Below, in pieces: positions 24,525-37,650 of a stretch of DNA of 64,000 nt (its first letter is position 1; every line of letters starts with the position of its first letter). Source of the DNA: Gekko japonicus (taxonomy: Eukaryota); contig NW_015170306.1 in assembly GCF_001447785.1 (NCBI RefSeq), forward strand, positions 295,917-359,916, in the 5' to 3' direction. Position numbers and translations under genes: made by a program. The notes below the pieces were generated by a model that searched no databases, had not been told where the DNA came from, and saw nothing but the letters and a program-made list of their open reading frames with translations.

Positions 24525-25180
24525 TGTGAGGCGGTGACTGCTCCCGCCTGGGGGCTGGACCCTCCGCTGTATTCACGCCTGTCCTGACGACCACCCCTGA
24601 ACGCAGGGAGGTGCTGCGGCTGCTGTGGGCGGAGGAAGAGAAAGGATCCTTCGTGGGTACCAGAGCGTGCCTCAGGCACAGACCCTGTGGGGAGTTCCGT
24701 CACTCCCCCCCCTTTGGGTCTGCCTGGAACTGCTGTCTCTCGCCTGTGTCTACTATCTTTCTCTCTTGCGCACTCAGTAGAGCTGCCAGGCTTGCAGCCA
24801 GTCCAGTTCCTCCTCATCGGCTTGCTCCGGCCGCTCTTTTATTCCCCTCACCTCCCCCACAAGCCCCAGCATCTGGGCCCCGCCCCCACCCAAAGGCAAA
24901 GACGCCGACCCACCCCTCCAGCCCCCCCTCTCCCATCTGGGCGTTGCCGGCCGGGACGTCGTTCTCCCGTCCTGCCGTGTGTCGGGCCGGCAGATGTGCG
25001 TGAGGTCGGGCTCGGGCGCGCCCGCGTCTTCCGGGTTGCTCGTTGAAGCCAGGGCCCGCACTGCCGCGTTGCCCCTCGTCTGCCCGGGCCGGCGTCCGTT
25101 GTGCTCCTTCCCCACCCGGGCTCGGCTCCGCCAGGTTCTCCGCCATCTTCTCCCCGTTGACGGGGTGCCCGGCTGAAGGG
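24525..25180 (-). mobile_element. GC-rich LTR-like segment with only one intact end
   Basis: Ends ...CCTCACA on the - strand; YY1-type AAGATGGCGG, GGGGCGGGG and AATAAAAG; flanked by a 62-bp direct repeat. Confidence 0.55.
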
Positions 25181-25400
25181 TTAGTTAAATCTCTTGCCAT
25201 GCCAAAATTTCTATTTTATGTTAGGGCAATTCCTATATATCTCCCTCCAGAGTTGTTAATGGCACAGAGACATTATTATGTTTATTTGGCACAACAAGGA
25301 ACCATGCATAGGATCTAAATCATTAAGAAAATCCAAAAGAGGAGGAGGTCTAGCTGTTCCAGATATTGGTCTTTATTACGACAATATAGTATTGGCCAAC

Positions 25401-26148
25401 TGTATAGAAATATTGATTTCTAAAAGCCCCTGCCTTCCCCTGGGATGTCTTGCTGATAACCTTCTGTGTTGTATTTCCTGTTGAAGCCATATGGCCCCAC
25501 ATTTGGCTGGAGAAACTTTATGGCCCTGCCATATAACCACAGATTCTTCACACTTCCATGCCGGAAGCTAGGCCAGCATGCCAGAAGCTCACGTAACTGA
25601 TGGAGAAGCTGGCATTGGGGGCCATGTGACTGCAGGCATGGTTTCCAAACTTCCAACCTATCCCCAGTTGTCCCCATGACAACCAACAAATTGGACACAC
25701 CCATTGGCTGATGGCCACAGCTGATTGAGAGTGAAATTGGGCTATATCTGTTCAAACCCAATGAGAGAGACTCTCTCTGTCTCTGTCCCTTGCTCTTGTG
25801 CTGCTCTTGCTTCTTGGTTCCCTGTTGTTGCCTGTTTATTGCACCTGGACATGTGCTCTCTGGAAGAGACAAAGGACTGCTTTGTGCCTTAGAGTGCATG
25901 GAGGGTGAGGATGGGCTTTCCCTTCAAAATACCTTGGTACCTAACTGGACCATATCCTTTGGACACTTTTGGAACATGGACACTACACTGGTAATTATGC
26001 ATATCTCTAATGTGTAGTTAAGGCAAACAGCCTTAGGTTTTTTATTTTGTAATCTCTTAGTCTGTGCTAAGCTCTGAACTGAATAAAATAGTATTCTTGT
26101 TCTAACTTGTCTTTGATGTTGTAATTAATCCATATAATAAATCTTACA
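25401..26148 (+). mobile_element. Probable solo LTR inside L1 ORF2
   Basis: TGTA...TACA termini, AATAAA at ~26082; L1 sequence resumes afterwards; TSD not evident. Confidence 0.55.
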
Positions 26149-26938
26149 TAGCAGAATGGAAGCTTATAGAAGAAAACTCTTTCTCTCCATTTACGTTTTG
26201 GGAAGCTTTATGGCATGCACCAAAGAAATGCTCGGTCTCCTCACATTTGAATCCATTTCTTGAAGCAACCCAGAAGGTCTGGAATAAGAATTGTAAGCAT
26301 CTAGCCCCACCAACATTTCCACTGACATCTTATACTGGCCAACACTGGTTTGAACCAGGATTGGGCAAATCAGCATTTGTGTACTGGAAACGTGCAAAAA
26401 TTAACTGCTTTATTGATGTAATGCCAAAAGGTCATCTACTTGAAAAGGTTAAATAGATCAAAAAAGCAACTCTACCTTACCCTGGTTTGAATACCTGCAA
26501 TTAAATAATTTGTTAGCTACCCATCAATTTAAATGCCCCATCCGACTTGGACTAACTGACTTTGAGAAGTTAATGTATTGTGAGGACACCTCTAACAAGA
26601 GATTGATCGCAAAAGTGTATAATATTTTATTGAAATCCGAAAATCTAAACTGCCATTCCTATCAAGAAGCCTGGCATAGGGACCTGGGAAGAGAATTAAC
26701 GCAAGACCAATGACGTAAAATATGGCACTCTCCAGCTTTTACCTCCAAAGCAATCCCAATACAAACACAAACATATAAAGTGGTCTCTAGGTGGTACCTA
26801 ACCCCAGCTAGACTATCTCATTATACTTCATCGATTCCTGTCCACTGCTGGAAACAATGTGGCCAAAAAGGGATGCTTATCCACAATTGGTGGCTGGGCA
26901 AGGTGATTCAGTCGTATTGGGAGCAAATAATATCAGAA

Positions 26939-27162
26939 CCTAGCAGTTTGAAAGCAAGAAATTGCAAGTAGATAAATAGGTACCACTTCGGTGGGAAGGT
27001 AACAGCGTTCCGTGCGCCTTGGTGTCTAGTCATGCCGGCCACATGACCACGGAAATGTCTTCGGACAGCGCTGGCTCTTCGGCTTTGAAACGGAGATGAG
27101 CACCGCAACCCTAGAGTCGGATTCGACTGGCTTTCGAGCAAGGGAACCTTTACCTTTACCTT
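26939..27162 (+). mobile_element. 5'-truncated Sauria SINE inside L1 ORF2
   Basis: ACCTTTACCTTTACCTTT tail; 11-bp TSD TAATATCAGAA. Confidence 0.9.
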
Positions 27163-28489
27163 TAATATCAGAAATAGCAATTATAACAAAAATCTTGGTT
27201 CCATTAAATCCAGTGTTGATCCTATTAAATCTCTGGGAAACCCTAAAAGTATCTAAACTTGAGAAAGATCTTATTGTAACAATGGTTGCGACAGCAAAAA
27301 ATATTATAGCCTTAAAATGGAAAGAAAAAACTCCCCCTACAATCCATCTCTGGTATGCAGAACTGTGGGATTATTTTATTATGGAAAAAATATCAGATGA
27401 TATTCAATGTATGGAAACACAGGTTAAGGATTCAGATGTCATTTTAAAAATTGGTTCCTTTCTTCAAATGGAAATTACAGCATAATGGCTCGTCAAACTA
27501 TGAACTATGGGCTAATTTTAGTTTTGTTATGGCGATTGAATAACTCACATAGTTAGTATTGTTAATCTCTGTGGTGATTTAAGACTAACATGTCTGTGTA
27601 TTATTAGTACAGTGTAATAGATGTAGCCTAGTTGAACCTTAAGATGTATATTTTTACATTCCTTATCTACACTTATAAATTGATGTTTGTACTGTACTCT
27701 TTTTTATCAATAAAATATATATTAAAAAGGAAAAAAAAGAAGCTATGGTGGGCCAAGAGCCCCACTTGGCCCACCCGCTTTCTAAAAAAACACCTGACAA
27801 GCACCAGGAAAAGGCACCATGCTAGAGACTCCTGACCTAACCCCTGTGCTGTTCTTGCTTTAAATTAGAACGTCTATAAGAGATGAGAAACTTTCTGTGT
27901 TTCCTCTGAAGTCATTATTGGGAAACTTGCAAAACTTTTTGTCGGTTTGTGCAGTCTAGAAATGAAGCCCTTTCCACTCAGAAGGGAGGAGATTGGCTTT
28001 TGCGCAAGCAGCATTTGATTTAGGTGAGAGGCGCATGGGCCAGGATTAATCCCGTTTTCATAAAAATTCAGCAAAGGGGTGGCAACTGTACATAATTCTC
28101 CCCCCCCTCCATATGGATCAGCCAATTTCATTAACATATTTTTTAAAAAATTAAATGTTGGTTGGTTTCAGTTCCTGTTCTTCAGAGCAGAGTCTGGCAA
28201 AAAATTATACATCTCTGCAGTGAAATGCTAAAAATCACCCCCAGTAAGAATCAGACAGGAATCATTGTTTATATGCATGAGCTTATCAGGTGCATTTGAT
28301 GGGAGGCTCAAGGACGCTTGCCACCCTGTGACTGAATGATGAAGGATGCCTTCCTGAGGACCCTTTCCTGGGCATCGGCCCCACTAAACAACAGGGGACT
28401 TCCTTCTGAGTGGACTTGCTGAGGACGGCCACCACACAGAGGGTTCCTACTGGTGACACCTGTACGTGAAAAACTGTTGTAATAGGAAG

Positions 28490-28725
28490 AGGAGGAGGGG
28501 ACCGGATCTATACCCCTCCTTTCACTCAGAGTCTCTGAGCAGCTTACAATCCCTTTCCCTTCCCCTCCCCACAAGAGACATAATTTCGGGCTCCTGAGAG
28601 AACAGCTCTGAAAGGGTTTATGACTGACCCAAGGTCACACCAGCAGCAGCATGTGGAGGAGTGGGGAATCAAACCCAATTCTCCCAGATTAGAGTCCCTG
28701 CTCCTAACCGCTACACCAGACTGGC
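28490..28725 (-). mobile_element. tRNA-derived squamate SINE (other copies at 45070-45700, 55650-55940, 59640-59870)
   Basis: GCCAGTCTGGTGTAGCGGTTAG head, GGTTTGATTCCCCACTCCTCCAC B-box, GGGGAAGGGAAAGG body. Confidence 0.75.
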
Positions 28726-30247
28726 AATTGACCAGGAGAAGAACAAGGTTTTATGTATGCCGATACTCATACAGAGTGTCCCCTTAAAAATACAGTGTAG
28801 AATTCTCTGAAAAGATAGCACGTATATTTTCTAAATAAACTTTCACTGTTTTGAAGAATCAAGATGAGTAGCCGTGTTAGTCTGTCTGTCGTAAAGAACA
28901 AGAGTCCAGGTGTACCTTAAACAATATCTGAAAAAGTGAGCAGTGACTCATGAAAGCTCATCCCCTGCCACATATTTTGTCAGTCATTAAGGCGATTCTG
29001 GACTCCGGTTTTGAAGAATTTTAATTTAAAAGAAAAACGGGGGGAAAACCTCCTAACTATGTCTACAAAAATGTCTTGGCAATTTGTGATTTTTTTGGTT
29101 CGTCTTTATGATGACAACAGCTGTGGACTAAACCAACCGTCTCCAGTTTATTGAGCTGAATACTCCAGTCACCCATGCGCTGTGCAACATACTCCACTTA
29201 ATAGGACATGCAGAAAGCCGGAGAGGTAGAGGGAGAGTGTGAAACAGGAGCTGTGGCTACCTACCTAAGCAAAAGTCATTGTCAAGGCAGGGGTTCCAAG
29301 TTCAAGCAGCCGGTGCCCCCTACAAAATGACCCAAAGGGGAAAGCAGTAAAGATGTGTGTCTTGTGACAGACAGGTACTCCACAGGGTTGCCAGCTTCCA
29401 GGTGGTGGCTGGGGATCTCCTGGGATTACAAGAGGTGGCAGAGATCAGTTCCCCTGGAGAAAATGGCTGCTTTGGCAGGGGGATTCTATGGCCTTGTCCC
29501 TCCTCTCCCCAAACCCCACCCTCCTCAAGCTCCGCCCCCAATATCTCCAGTTATTTCCCAAATTAGAGTTGGCAACCTTTGGCTTTACAGCTCATAAGAT
29601 AAGGAGTCCTTGGCAGGGCTCCTGCCAGAATATAAGAAGGATCTATCTGTAGGTGAAGCCTGGACTCTTCTGAGGTACCCTTGAACCCGTTTGGTACCCG
29701 GGTCTGTCTCTCGAAGCCGTCTCAGACGTTCTTCTCACACAGAGAAGTGATGTGCTGGGGGCATTCCTGGGTCTCAAAGGTGGAACATCAGGAACAACCC
29801 AAAGACAGAGGGTGCAAAGGCCTTTGCAGTGTGACGCTAACATGCCACAGCCTTGTAACATCTGTACCGATGTGGTGGAGGTTGTAAGGGAACGTGCACT
29901 AAGTAGTGAGGGGTTGAAAAAAAAATTAGCTAAGCCTTTCTTATCAAATATGACTATATACAGAAAGTCACCGAGATGATAAAGAATTTAAATCCTATTA
30001 GGCAAATCAGGCTCCACTCCCCCTCCCAATAATTTGACATGAAAGTCTCTTTGTTAGCAACTTCCATATCATGTTCGCTATTTAAGAGAGGGGGGGGGAA
30101 CGGGGAGAGGAGAGAGACAGAGGAAGAAAGCGCTGGCGGCTTGCCGGCATAAAAGGCAGCCTAGCCTAATGAAAGTCAAGGACAAGCTGCAAAAAAAGAG
30201 GACTAGAAATTCAAAGAAGTACCTGATCCACGGATATGAGGATATGA

Positions 30248-30303
30248 ACCAGTGAAATTCATACCAGTGAAATTCATACCAGTGAAATTCATACCAGTGA
30301 AAT
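30248..30303. repeat. 15-bp tandem repeat ACCAGTGAAATTCAT, about 3.7 units
   Basis: Direct inspection. Confidence 0.9.
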
Positions 30304-30809
30304 AGAGTTTGCAAGCTGAGAAGCTGAACATCGACCCTTAGGTAGCTGCCATCAAGCTATTTCTTAATGCACTACTACATCGCCTCTCACCTACTCAGAC
30401 TCCAGCAAACAGCTACCTGGTCACGATTAAGAGGGAAATGAATAGCCCTCATTTCAGGGTGTTTTCAGATTTACCTGCTAACATTCAGAGCAGCCTTTGT
30501 CAAGATGGCCCACACATCAATAAGCATCAGGTGAGCTTCCTGCTTTCCCTATCGCCCACTCTGCCCTAAGCCAGTGCAGAAGGGAAATAAAACAGTAAAA
30601 TCACCCAGCTCCAAGGAGCAGAGAGGGCAGCAACTGTGCTGAAGTCCATTGTCTCACCATCCACACTCACCTATCTTGGAGCGGCAGGATACAGTTTGCT
30701 CACATCAGGCAGATATAGACCCTGTCAGCATTCCTCCCCTGATATGATCCTGGCCCCATCCATGCACAAACCACAGCAAGGGAAGGGACATAGTAACTAC
30801 AACACCTTT

Positions 30810-31015
30810 CACTGTCAAGTCACAGCCAACTTCTGGTGGCCCCGTAGGGTTTTCAAGCTAAGAGATGTTCAGAGGTGGTTTGCCCTTGCCTGCCTCTGTG
30901 TAGCGACCCTGGACTTCCTTGGTGGTCTCCCATCCAAGTACCAACCAGAGCCAACCCTGCTTAGCTTCTGAGATCTAGGTGAGATCGGGCGAGCCTGGGC
31001 CATCCAGGTCAGGTC
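30810..31015 (-). mobile_element. 5S-rRNA-derived SINE (other copies at ~34560, 49415, 49595, 51310)
   Basis: GATCTCAGAAGCTAAGCAGGG...GTACTTGGATGGGAGACC matches the 5S internal promoter region, with non-5S flanks. Confidence 0.8.
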
Positions 31016-31032
31016 AGACATTCACAGGCAGA

Positions 31033-31262
31033 GATGGGTAGCTGTGTTAGTCTGTCCATAGCAGTAGAAAAGAGCAAGAGTCCAGGAGCACCTTACAGAC
31101 TTAAAAAAATGTGGCAGGGTATGATCTTCTGTGAGTCACTGCACAGTTCTTCAGACATCTGAAGAATATCTGAAGAAGTGAGCGGTGACTCATGTAAGCT
31201 CATACCCTGCCACAAATTGTGTTAGTCTTTAAGGTGCTACTTGACTCTTGCTCTTTTCTGCA
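31033..31262. mobile_element. Penelope-like inverted terminal remnant
   Basis: Two opposed copies of AGAAAAGAGCAAGAGTC...GGCAGGGTATGA...TTCTTCAGA; related pieces at ~28860, 51510, 63850. Confidence 0.7.
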
Positions 31263-32685
31263 TTCACAGGGGATTGGACATTGCCTGCCTCCGCACAGCT
31301 CACCTGGACATCCTTGATGCTCTCCCAGCCAAGTTTTAAACAGTAGGGATGGGCATGAACCTAAAAATTTTGGTTCAGGGTTCAAGGCAGCTCCCAAATT
31401 GAACCCCAAGCCAAACCAAGTTTAAAAGACCCCAAACTAAACCAGATTCCCCTTTCTCCTGGCCACAGCTTGCTGTAGCTGGGAGAAAGGGGGAGATCAC
31501 CCAGGAAGGGTAAAATGGCTGGCAACCATTTAAAACTTTGTTCTTTAATGGCTTGCAGCCTTTTAAACCTAACAGCTGACAGGTGGACCTGCCCCACTGT
31601 TTGGTTTAAACGACTGGCAGCCATTTCACCAGTCAGATTTGCTTTCCCCACTTTGAAGGGGGGGGGGAGCTAAACCAACTGGTGAAATGGCTGGCAGCCA
31701 TTTAAACCTAACAGGTCAACTACAGACCCGCACTGCTCAGACAAAAACCCAGTAAAATGTTTGGGGAAGTCGACTTCCCCCGAACATTGGTTCGGGCCTC
31801 CAAAGGGAGCCAAGTTTGTGTTGACGTTTGTCTTGTGAACCAGTTCATGGCCATCTGTACTATCAGAGCCCAACCTGCTTAGCGTCAGAGATTTCAGGAG
31901 ATCCAACTGGCACGGGCTGTGCAGCTCAGGGCATGTCAAGTAGCAACCCTAGAACTTCCACACTCCTAGAAATGTGTCCGAAGGGTGTGTGTGGCTGAAT
32001 CCCTCCCTATAAACACATTCTCGTTTGAGAGGCAGAAATGGAAGGAAGGACATGAGAATGCCCCCGACACTTTTATCACTCACATGGTAGAGGAAATCAC
32101 GTGGTCTTGGCCCAAGGAAGGGTTTGGACCTCATGGGAATAAGCATGCTCCACAGAACGGCGTTTGGTACAGCAAGGAGGACCAACACCATTAGTATGGC
32201 TACAACAGAACATGCAGTTGCCCAGTCCAAGGAGGCATTTCTGTCAGAATCCCTGATAGCCCGTTCCAGCTGAATCTGGACTGCACATTCACACACGTAA
32301 GTAATCGCTTGGTCTTGCAGTTCATTGAATGATGCAGATGTGTGTATGAAGCAATACTTAATCTGCTTGTTATAGCTTGGAAGTGAAGTTTCCATTAGGT
32401 ATTCTCCCAGGATGCTCCCTCTAAGCTGTGGAGTCTTGTGAGCAAAAATTCTACTTTGTGAGTTTTTGGCATTAAAGTTGTGAGTGAGTGATTTGGCTGC
32501 TGCATAAATTAGTTTGCTCTGGAGCCATCCTTCCTGAGCTGAGACAAAAATGTGTGAGCTGGAGGCTAAAAAACCATGCACTAGCTCACACTAACTCAGC
32601 TTAGAGGGAACACTGCCCAGGACTGTGGCTGACCTTTGCAAACTTGAAGGTAAGAATGGGGTTCCAAAAACATCACTGTCTAGAT

Positions 32686-33090
32686 CAGGGGTCCCCAGGG
32701 CAGTGCCTGTGGGTGTCCTGGTGCCCACAGGAATCTTCCCTGATGCTCATTATGTGCTTTTAGAATGTGGATGGATCCAGGTGGAGCACTTGCCCAGCAG
32801 TGCTTCTGATTGGCCACCGAAGATCAGACTAAAATGTCACTATTTCAAAAACAGCTTCCTTGAAATGTTGCTTTGATTCCCTCTCATTCCTCTTTCCCAG
32901 TGTATTTTTTTAAAATTACCCCTCTTCTCTCCTGCACTTGGCCTTCCTCTGGATGGTCGCTCCCACCTCCTGCGACGGGCATTTTGTGACTGGCTCCACC
33001 TCCTGCAGCAGACATTTTGTGGTTGTACTCACCACTTTGTGTCAAAAGTCCAAAGGCGCCCACAGACTCAAAAAGGTTGAGGACCCCCTT
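32686..33090. mobile_element. hAT-type MITE; further MITEs at 31343-31859 and 32408-32615
   Basis: CAGGGGTCCCCA / TGAGGACCCC termini; TSD GTCTAGAT / GTCTACAT. Confidence 0.75.
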
Positions 33091-34680
33091 GTCTACATGA
33101 CCAGGGTTAATCATGGCAATTAAAATATTAGGACAATTGAAATAAATCTTTCACCCTAGTATGCAGGTTTTGCATAGGAAAAGGTATTTTTTTAAAAAAA
33201 ATTGGGAACCCACCTGTATTTTGGAGTAGTGCAATCCAAAGAAGATGTTGTCACATGTTTTTATGGGATGTCTTTACTTAGAGACTCTGGATTTGTGGAT
33301 GAAAGGAACCGCAAGAACTACACAAAGGAATGTTTAAACAAAGGATTATCTCAAGCACAAAAAGTAAATCTGAAAAGCTTTGAACTGCCAACACGTTTGA
33401 ATTATTAAAAAACTTTGATCTTAAGAGCCCTGGCTTTAGAAACTTCATAGCAAAACCCATTTCATTCCACACCACTATTCTCACATTCGCTAATAAGTAT
33501 CAACAGGGGATGCAATCATATCTCTGCTGAAGTCAATGACAAAATTGCTATTGACCATAGAGTTTTATTACCGTATAGTCAACAGTTTCAGTAGAATTAC
33601 TCCAGGAAAGAGGACAGAGTAAATGTCAAAATGGTAAGTATTTCAGAGCTCTGGAGGCTGTGTAACTCCAACAATGTGCATGGAAGCCGATCTCCTACTG
33701 TGTGCACTGAAAACCAGTGTCAGTCGTAAACATGTTGATGCTGAAATGGTGGTAGAGGCAACTACAACCTTTCTGCCCAGCTTTCCCTGCTTTTAATCTT
33801 GTGTGTTTTGGTGGAGAATTCTTAATAGCACCATAACGGGCTCTAAATGAAAGTACTATATTCTAGTGATGGGTACCTGTAATAAGAGCCAATACAAAAG
33901 GTGGGAACTACTTTGCGCTACGACTAGGCTGCATAATAGTGAACATTTCTCTATTGGCAATAAAAGGCAGGGCTCTGGTGAATCATTTCACTCCTCGGCT
34001 TCTAATTTGATCACAGCTTCATGGCACAGAAGATGGTTACAGCTCTATAACTTGTAAGGCTAAGGCAGAGAGAGAGAAAGAGAAAAATAAATATTGATTG
34101 CTTTAGCCTGAGTTCTAATGCAGTGGATTGTCTGTGCTTGGATATACGCATGCAGGTTGTACACCCTTTCCTCTTTACTGGGCTACGGTGGACTCTGAAA
34201 TGCTATGGTCGCCTGTGGCCCACTTCCCACTGACCAATAACCAGAGATGTAAAGGCTCGATTTTTTTTTAAAAGGAGAACAGTTTGAGGAAAATGGGCAA
34301 GGGTCTTATAAAATGTTTTCCCCACCTCAGTGAACAGTGAAATTATGTTAAGTATACTAAGTGCATGTTCATTTCCAATGGTTTTCCTCTGAAAAAATAT
34401 CTTTCTGCCTCATAACATTGAGGTTCTTTCCAGGCTTGAAAACTTTCCTGCTCACTTTTACTCACTACAGCACAAATTGCTTGTATTGCATCCCCCACCC
34501 CACCCCATTTCCCAACACGTTGGAGTGATTGAACAGAGGCAGCGGTGGAAAGTACAGTCAAACCACAGCTGATTTACAGCAACCCTGTAGAGTCTTCAAG
34601 GCAAGTTCAGTGGTGGTTTGCCATTGCCTACCTTTCTGTAGCAATCCTGGACTTCCTTAGTGGTCTCCCATCTCCCCACT

Positions 34681-35030
34681 TACCGTATTTTTTGCTCTAT
34701 AAGATGCACTTTCCCCCAAAAAAAGTGGGGGGGAAAGTGTGTGCGTCTTATGGAGCGAATACTGAAAAAAGAGGTCATGGGAAGGCTGAACGGGGCTTAG
34801 ATCTCTTAGATCCAAGCCCCGTTCAGCCTTGCCAGCGGCTCCCGCGGGCTTGGGAGGGGGGGAGAAGGCTGAACAGGGCTTGGATCTCCAAGCCCCGTTC
34901 AGCCTTCTCCCCCTCCCAAGCCCATGGGAGCCCATTGGAAGGCTGAGCGGGGCTTGGATCTCCAACACCCGCTCAGCCTTCTCCCCCCCCCACGCACACG
35001 GGAGCCGCTGGCAAGGCTGAACGGGGCTTG
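34681..35030. mobile_element. Tc1/mariner-like non-autonomous element end with an internal palindromic minisatellite, inserted in a 5S SINE
   Basis: TACCGTATTTTTTGCTCTATAAGATGCA terminus; repeats of AAGGCTGAACGGGGCTTGGATCTCCAAGCCCCGTTCAGCCTT. Confidence 0.6.
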
Positions 35031-35399
35031 GATCAGGCTAGCCTAGGCCATCCAGGTCAGGGCCATGTATGATTTTTTGTTGGACTAATCTTAAAAAGCT
35101 GTAATATTTTATGTGTTAACTGATAACTAAATTATACATAATGTATTATCTGTTTTAATAAGTAAATACAGTCTAGATATGACAAAGGTTCACTCCTTTG
35201 AAACTTCAGGTGGAAATTATAATGTGAGATTGCTAAACCAGAATTCATTAACAAGTTCAGGATAATGGACCCCAATAGGGCTCAATAAGAACACAGGAGT
35301 CTAATTTCATTACAGATGCTAATATCTTTCACCACTGTGCATTTCTCCTTATTCTAATCAAGGTGATTCAATTTGTACCTCTGCATCCTGACTCCAACT

Positions 35400-36533
35400 G
35401 GCCCCTTTTTTATGTGCTCAACCCTTCCACTTTCTGACGTAGATATAACGGCTGGAGATGCTGCCAGAAGATAAGGGGTTTTTTTTGTCTTTCTGCCTTC
35501 TGCCTTTCCTAGCTGCTGTGTGAGAAGCTGAGGGTGAGTGGGTTCTTTGGAGCTTGCTAGAGAGTGGCTGTGTTTAAGTTCTGTGTGGGCTAATTGTGTG
35601 TTGGGGGCTGCTGGGGGCTGAGTGAGTTGCTGTTGATTGCAAGCCCTGCCCCCTACTGTGCAGAGCTCTGCTGTGCTTGGCAGGAAGTGACCTTTTGAAA
35701 CAAAAGGCTCCTCCTCGCCAGAGGTGCGAGCCGAAGGGCGAGATCTAAAGGGCTCTTGGCCTGTGGCTCTTAGCCTGAGGATCTGCCTGAGGGCCCCGAA
35801 ACTCTGCTCAGAGTACTCTTGAAATATACTGGGATGGCAATGATGCTGACTGAAGGCCCCTTTCCAGTCACCTGCATGGAGTGTGCCATGTTCGTTTTCC
35901 TCCCAGAAGAGAAGACGGACTTCACTTGTCAGAAGTGTAAGCTGGTCAGGCTTTTGGAGGAGAACATTCAGAGCCTGCAGGAGAGGATCACCACCTTTCA
36001 GGAAATCAAGGAAGAGGAGGATTTTATTGACAAGAGCCTGGGAACTCTGCAAGAACATGAAGAAGAAAGTCAAGGAGAAGAAGGAAGAGTCGATCTCCCT
36101 TCTGAGCCTCCTCTCAGTTCTACAGTACAAACCCGAAGACATCGACCAAGATGACGCTCTGGTCCACTGGAAATCAAGAATCATTTTGAGGTGCTTGAGA
36201 GGGTGATGGAGACAAGAGTGGAAGAAGAGCCACAAAGGCCTGGAAAAGGGAGTGAAGAGGGCATGGAGCGACACGGAAGTGGAAGGAAACAGAAAGTTGT
36301 AGTCATCAGGGACTCTCTGCTCAGGGGTATGGAATGGAATGTTTTAGGCCTGATCCCCTACTCCAAGAGATGTGTTGCTTACCTGGGGCCAGAATTCAGG
36401 ATATTACAGACCGACTGCCAAAACTGATAAGACCTACTGATCAGTACCTGTTTGTGCCAGTTCATGTGGGGATGAATGACATGGCCGCAAATACCATCAT
36501 GAAAATTAAAGAGGACTATGAAGCTCTTTGCAG
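35400..36533 (+). mobile_element. CR1 LINE 5' UTR + ORF1 (zinc finger/leucine zipper + SGNH esterase remnant)
   Basis: VTCMECAMF...FTCQKCKLVRLLEE; VVVIRDSLLRG; CCLPGARIQDIT; VHVGMND. Confidence 0.85.
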
Positions 36534-36746
36534 GACGGAGTGAGCTCCCGTCTCTAGTTCCAGCTCCTGCCAACCTAGCAGTTGGAAAGCAAGAAATTGC
36601 AAGTAGATAAATAGGTACCCCTTCAGTGGGAAGGTAGCAGCGTTCCATGTGCCTTGGTGTTTGGTCATGCCAGCCACATGACCACGGAAACGTCTTCAGA
36701 CAGTGCTGGCTCTTCGGCTTTGAAACGAAGATGAGCACCGCAACCC
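36534..36746 (+). mobile_element. Sauria SINE internal fragment lacking head and tail
   Basis: GACGGAGTGAGCTCCCG...GAGCACCGCAACCC. Confidence 0.85.
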
Positions 36747-37650
36747 GGTTCCGGTTTCTGGTCTCGACGAGGAAAGACGTGGAGTGGGAGCTCTGAGCGT
36801 CCAACCTCTCCTATTTCTCAAAACTTTTGTTCTAAAACCGAACAGAAGTTCTTACATTAAGAAAGAACTTCAGCAAGGAGCTTGGGTTTCCTATGGGAGA
36901 AGTGGCGTCTCTCCCAGGCCAAAGGAAGCTGCTCCAGAAGCGGGAGAAACTAGGAGATAAAGCGGTGAGAAGAATCATCGCCTACATAGCCGAGACTTCA
37001 GGAAAAGCAGCGGGGGACATTAGAAGCCGAAAGACAAAGCCCGAAGCTAAGTACCTTATTAAAAACTTAAGAGCTTTAAAGAAGGTAGAATAAGGGTCAC
37101 TAGCAAAGATAAAAGCCAAGAAAAATCCAGCACGCTTAAAGTAAGTAAGGAAGTGGAAAAGGGCATAGAGTAAACTGGCCATTCACAGGGTCCACAAAGA
37201 GGGGGTAAACTAAGGAACGCGTGATAATCAAACGAAAGTTAAAACAAGTTAGCAATAGCAATAGCGACAGAAATCTCGGAACCTAATGGAAACAGCAGGG
37301 AGAATTGATCACTCACAGCTGTGCTTTTTGTTTCTTTAAGAGCCAAAATCGCGGGGGAGCCGTGCACATCGGAGACGAGGCTGCGTGCGAGCGGAGGTCC
37401 GAGGTGGTGGGGGCGGAGTCCGAGAGCAGTGAGGCGAGGAGATCGGAGAGTGGAGTGCAGTGTCGACGACGGAGTCTCAGAGGATCCAAATCGGGGCGTC
37501 TAAAACGCGCAGAAGCAAGAGAGGCTTACGCAATCAGCGGAAATAAGCGGAAACGACGTAAAAAGACAACCCAGAGCCCAGGGGCTGCGCTGCACGTTAC
37601 GTAAAGAACGTAACTCCGAGGAACAGTGATTTAAAGAGGAAGTAAGATTT

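Larger units (their letters stand above)
20725..27485 (+). pseudogene. L1 ORF2 (endonuclease-RT-C-terminal), disrupted and interrupted
   Basis: FNCRGLNN, NIYAPN, RIDYIF, SDHDP, KSPGPDG, YRPIALLN, GTRQGCPLSPLLF, FADD, CWKQCGQKG. Confidence 0.9.
17972..27737 (+). mobile_element. Full-length degenerate L1 with six nested insertions
   Basis: 16-bp TSD AGAAGCTATGGTGGGC (17956-17971 / 27738-27753); G-run start; ORF1 and ORF2; AATAAA + A-tail at 27709-27737. Confidence 0.9.

Noticed and set aside
24494-25318. Cluster of overlapping GC-rich ORFs
   Set aside because: Expected from stop-codon scarcity in the GC-rich LTR-like insert.
30248-30303. CRISPR-like or coding WYEFH repeat
   Set aside because: Contiguous 15-bp tandem repeat without spacers in vertebrate DNA.
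31949-32581. 210-aa - strand ORF with a hydrophobic stretch and a GTGAGT donor near 32061
   Set aside because: Its N-terminal part lies in a MITE (32408-32615), no family is recognisable, and the + strand has an equally good donor at ~32297; not supportable without homology data.
35354-36274. 306-aa - strand ORF
   Set aside because: Antisense shadow of the CR1 5' UTR/ORF1.
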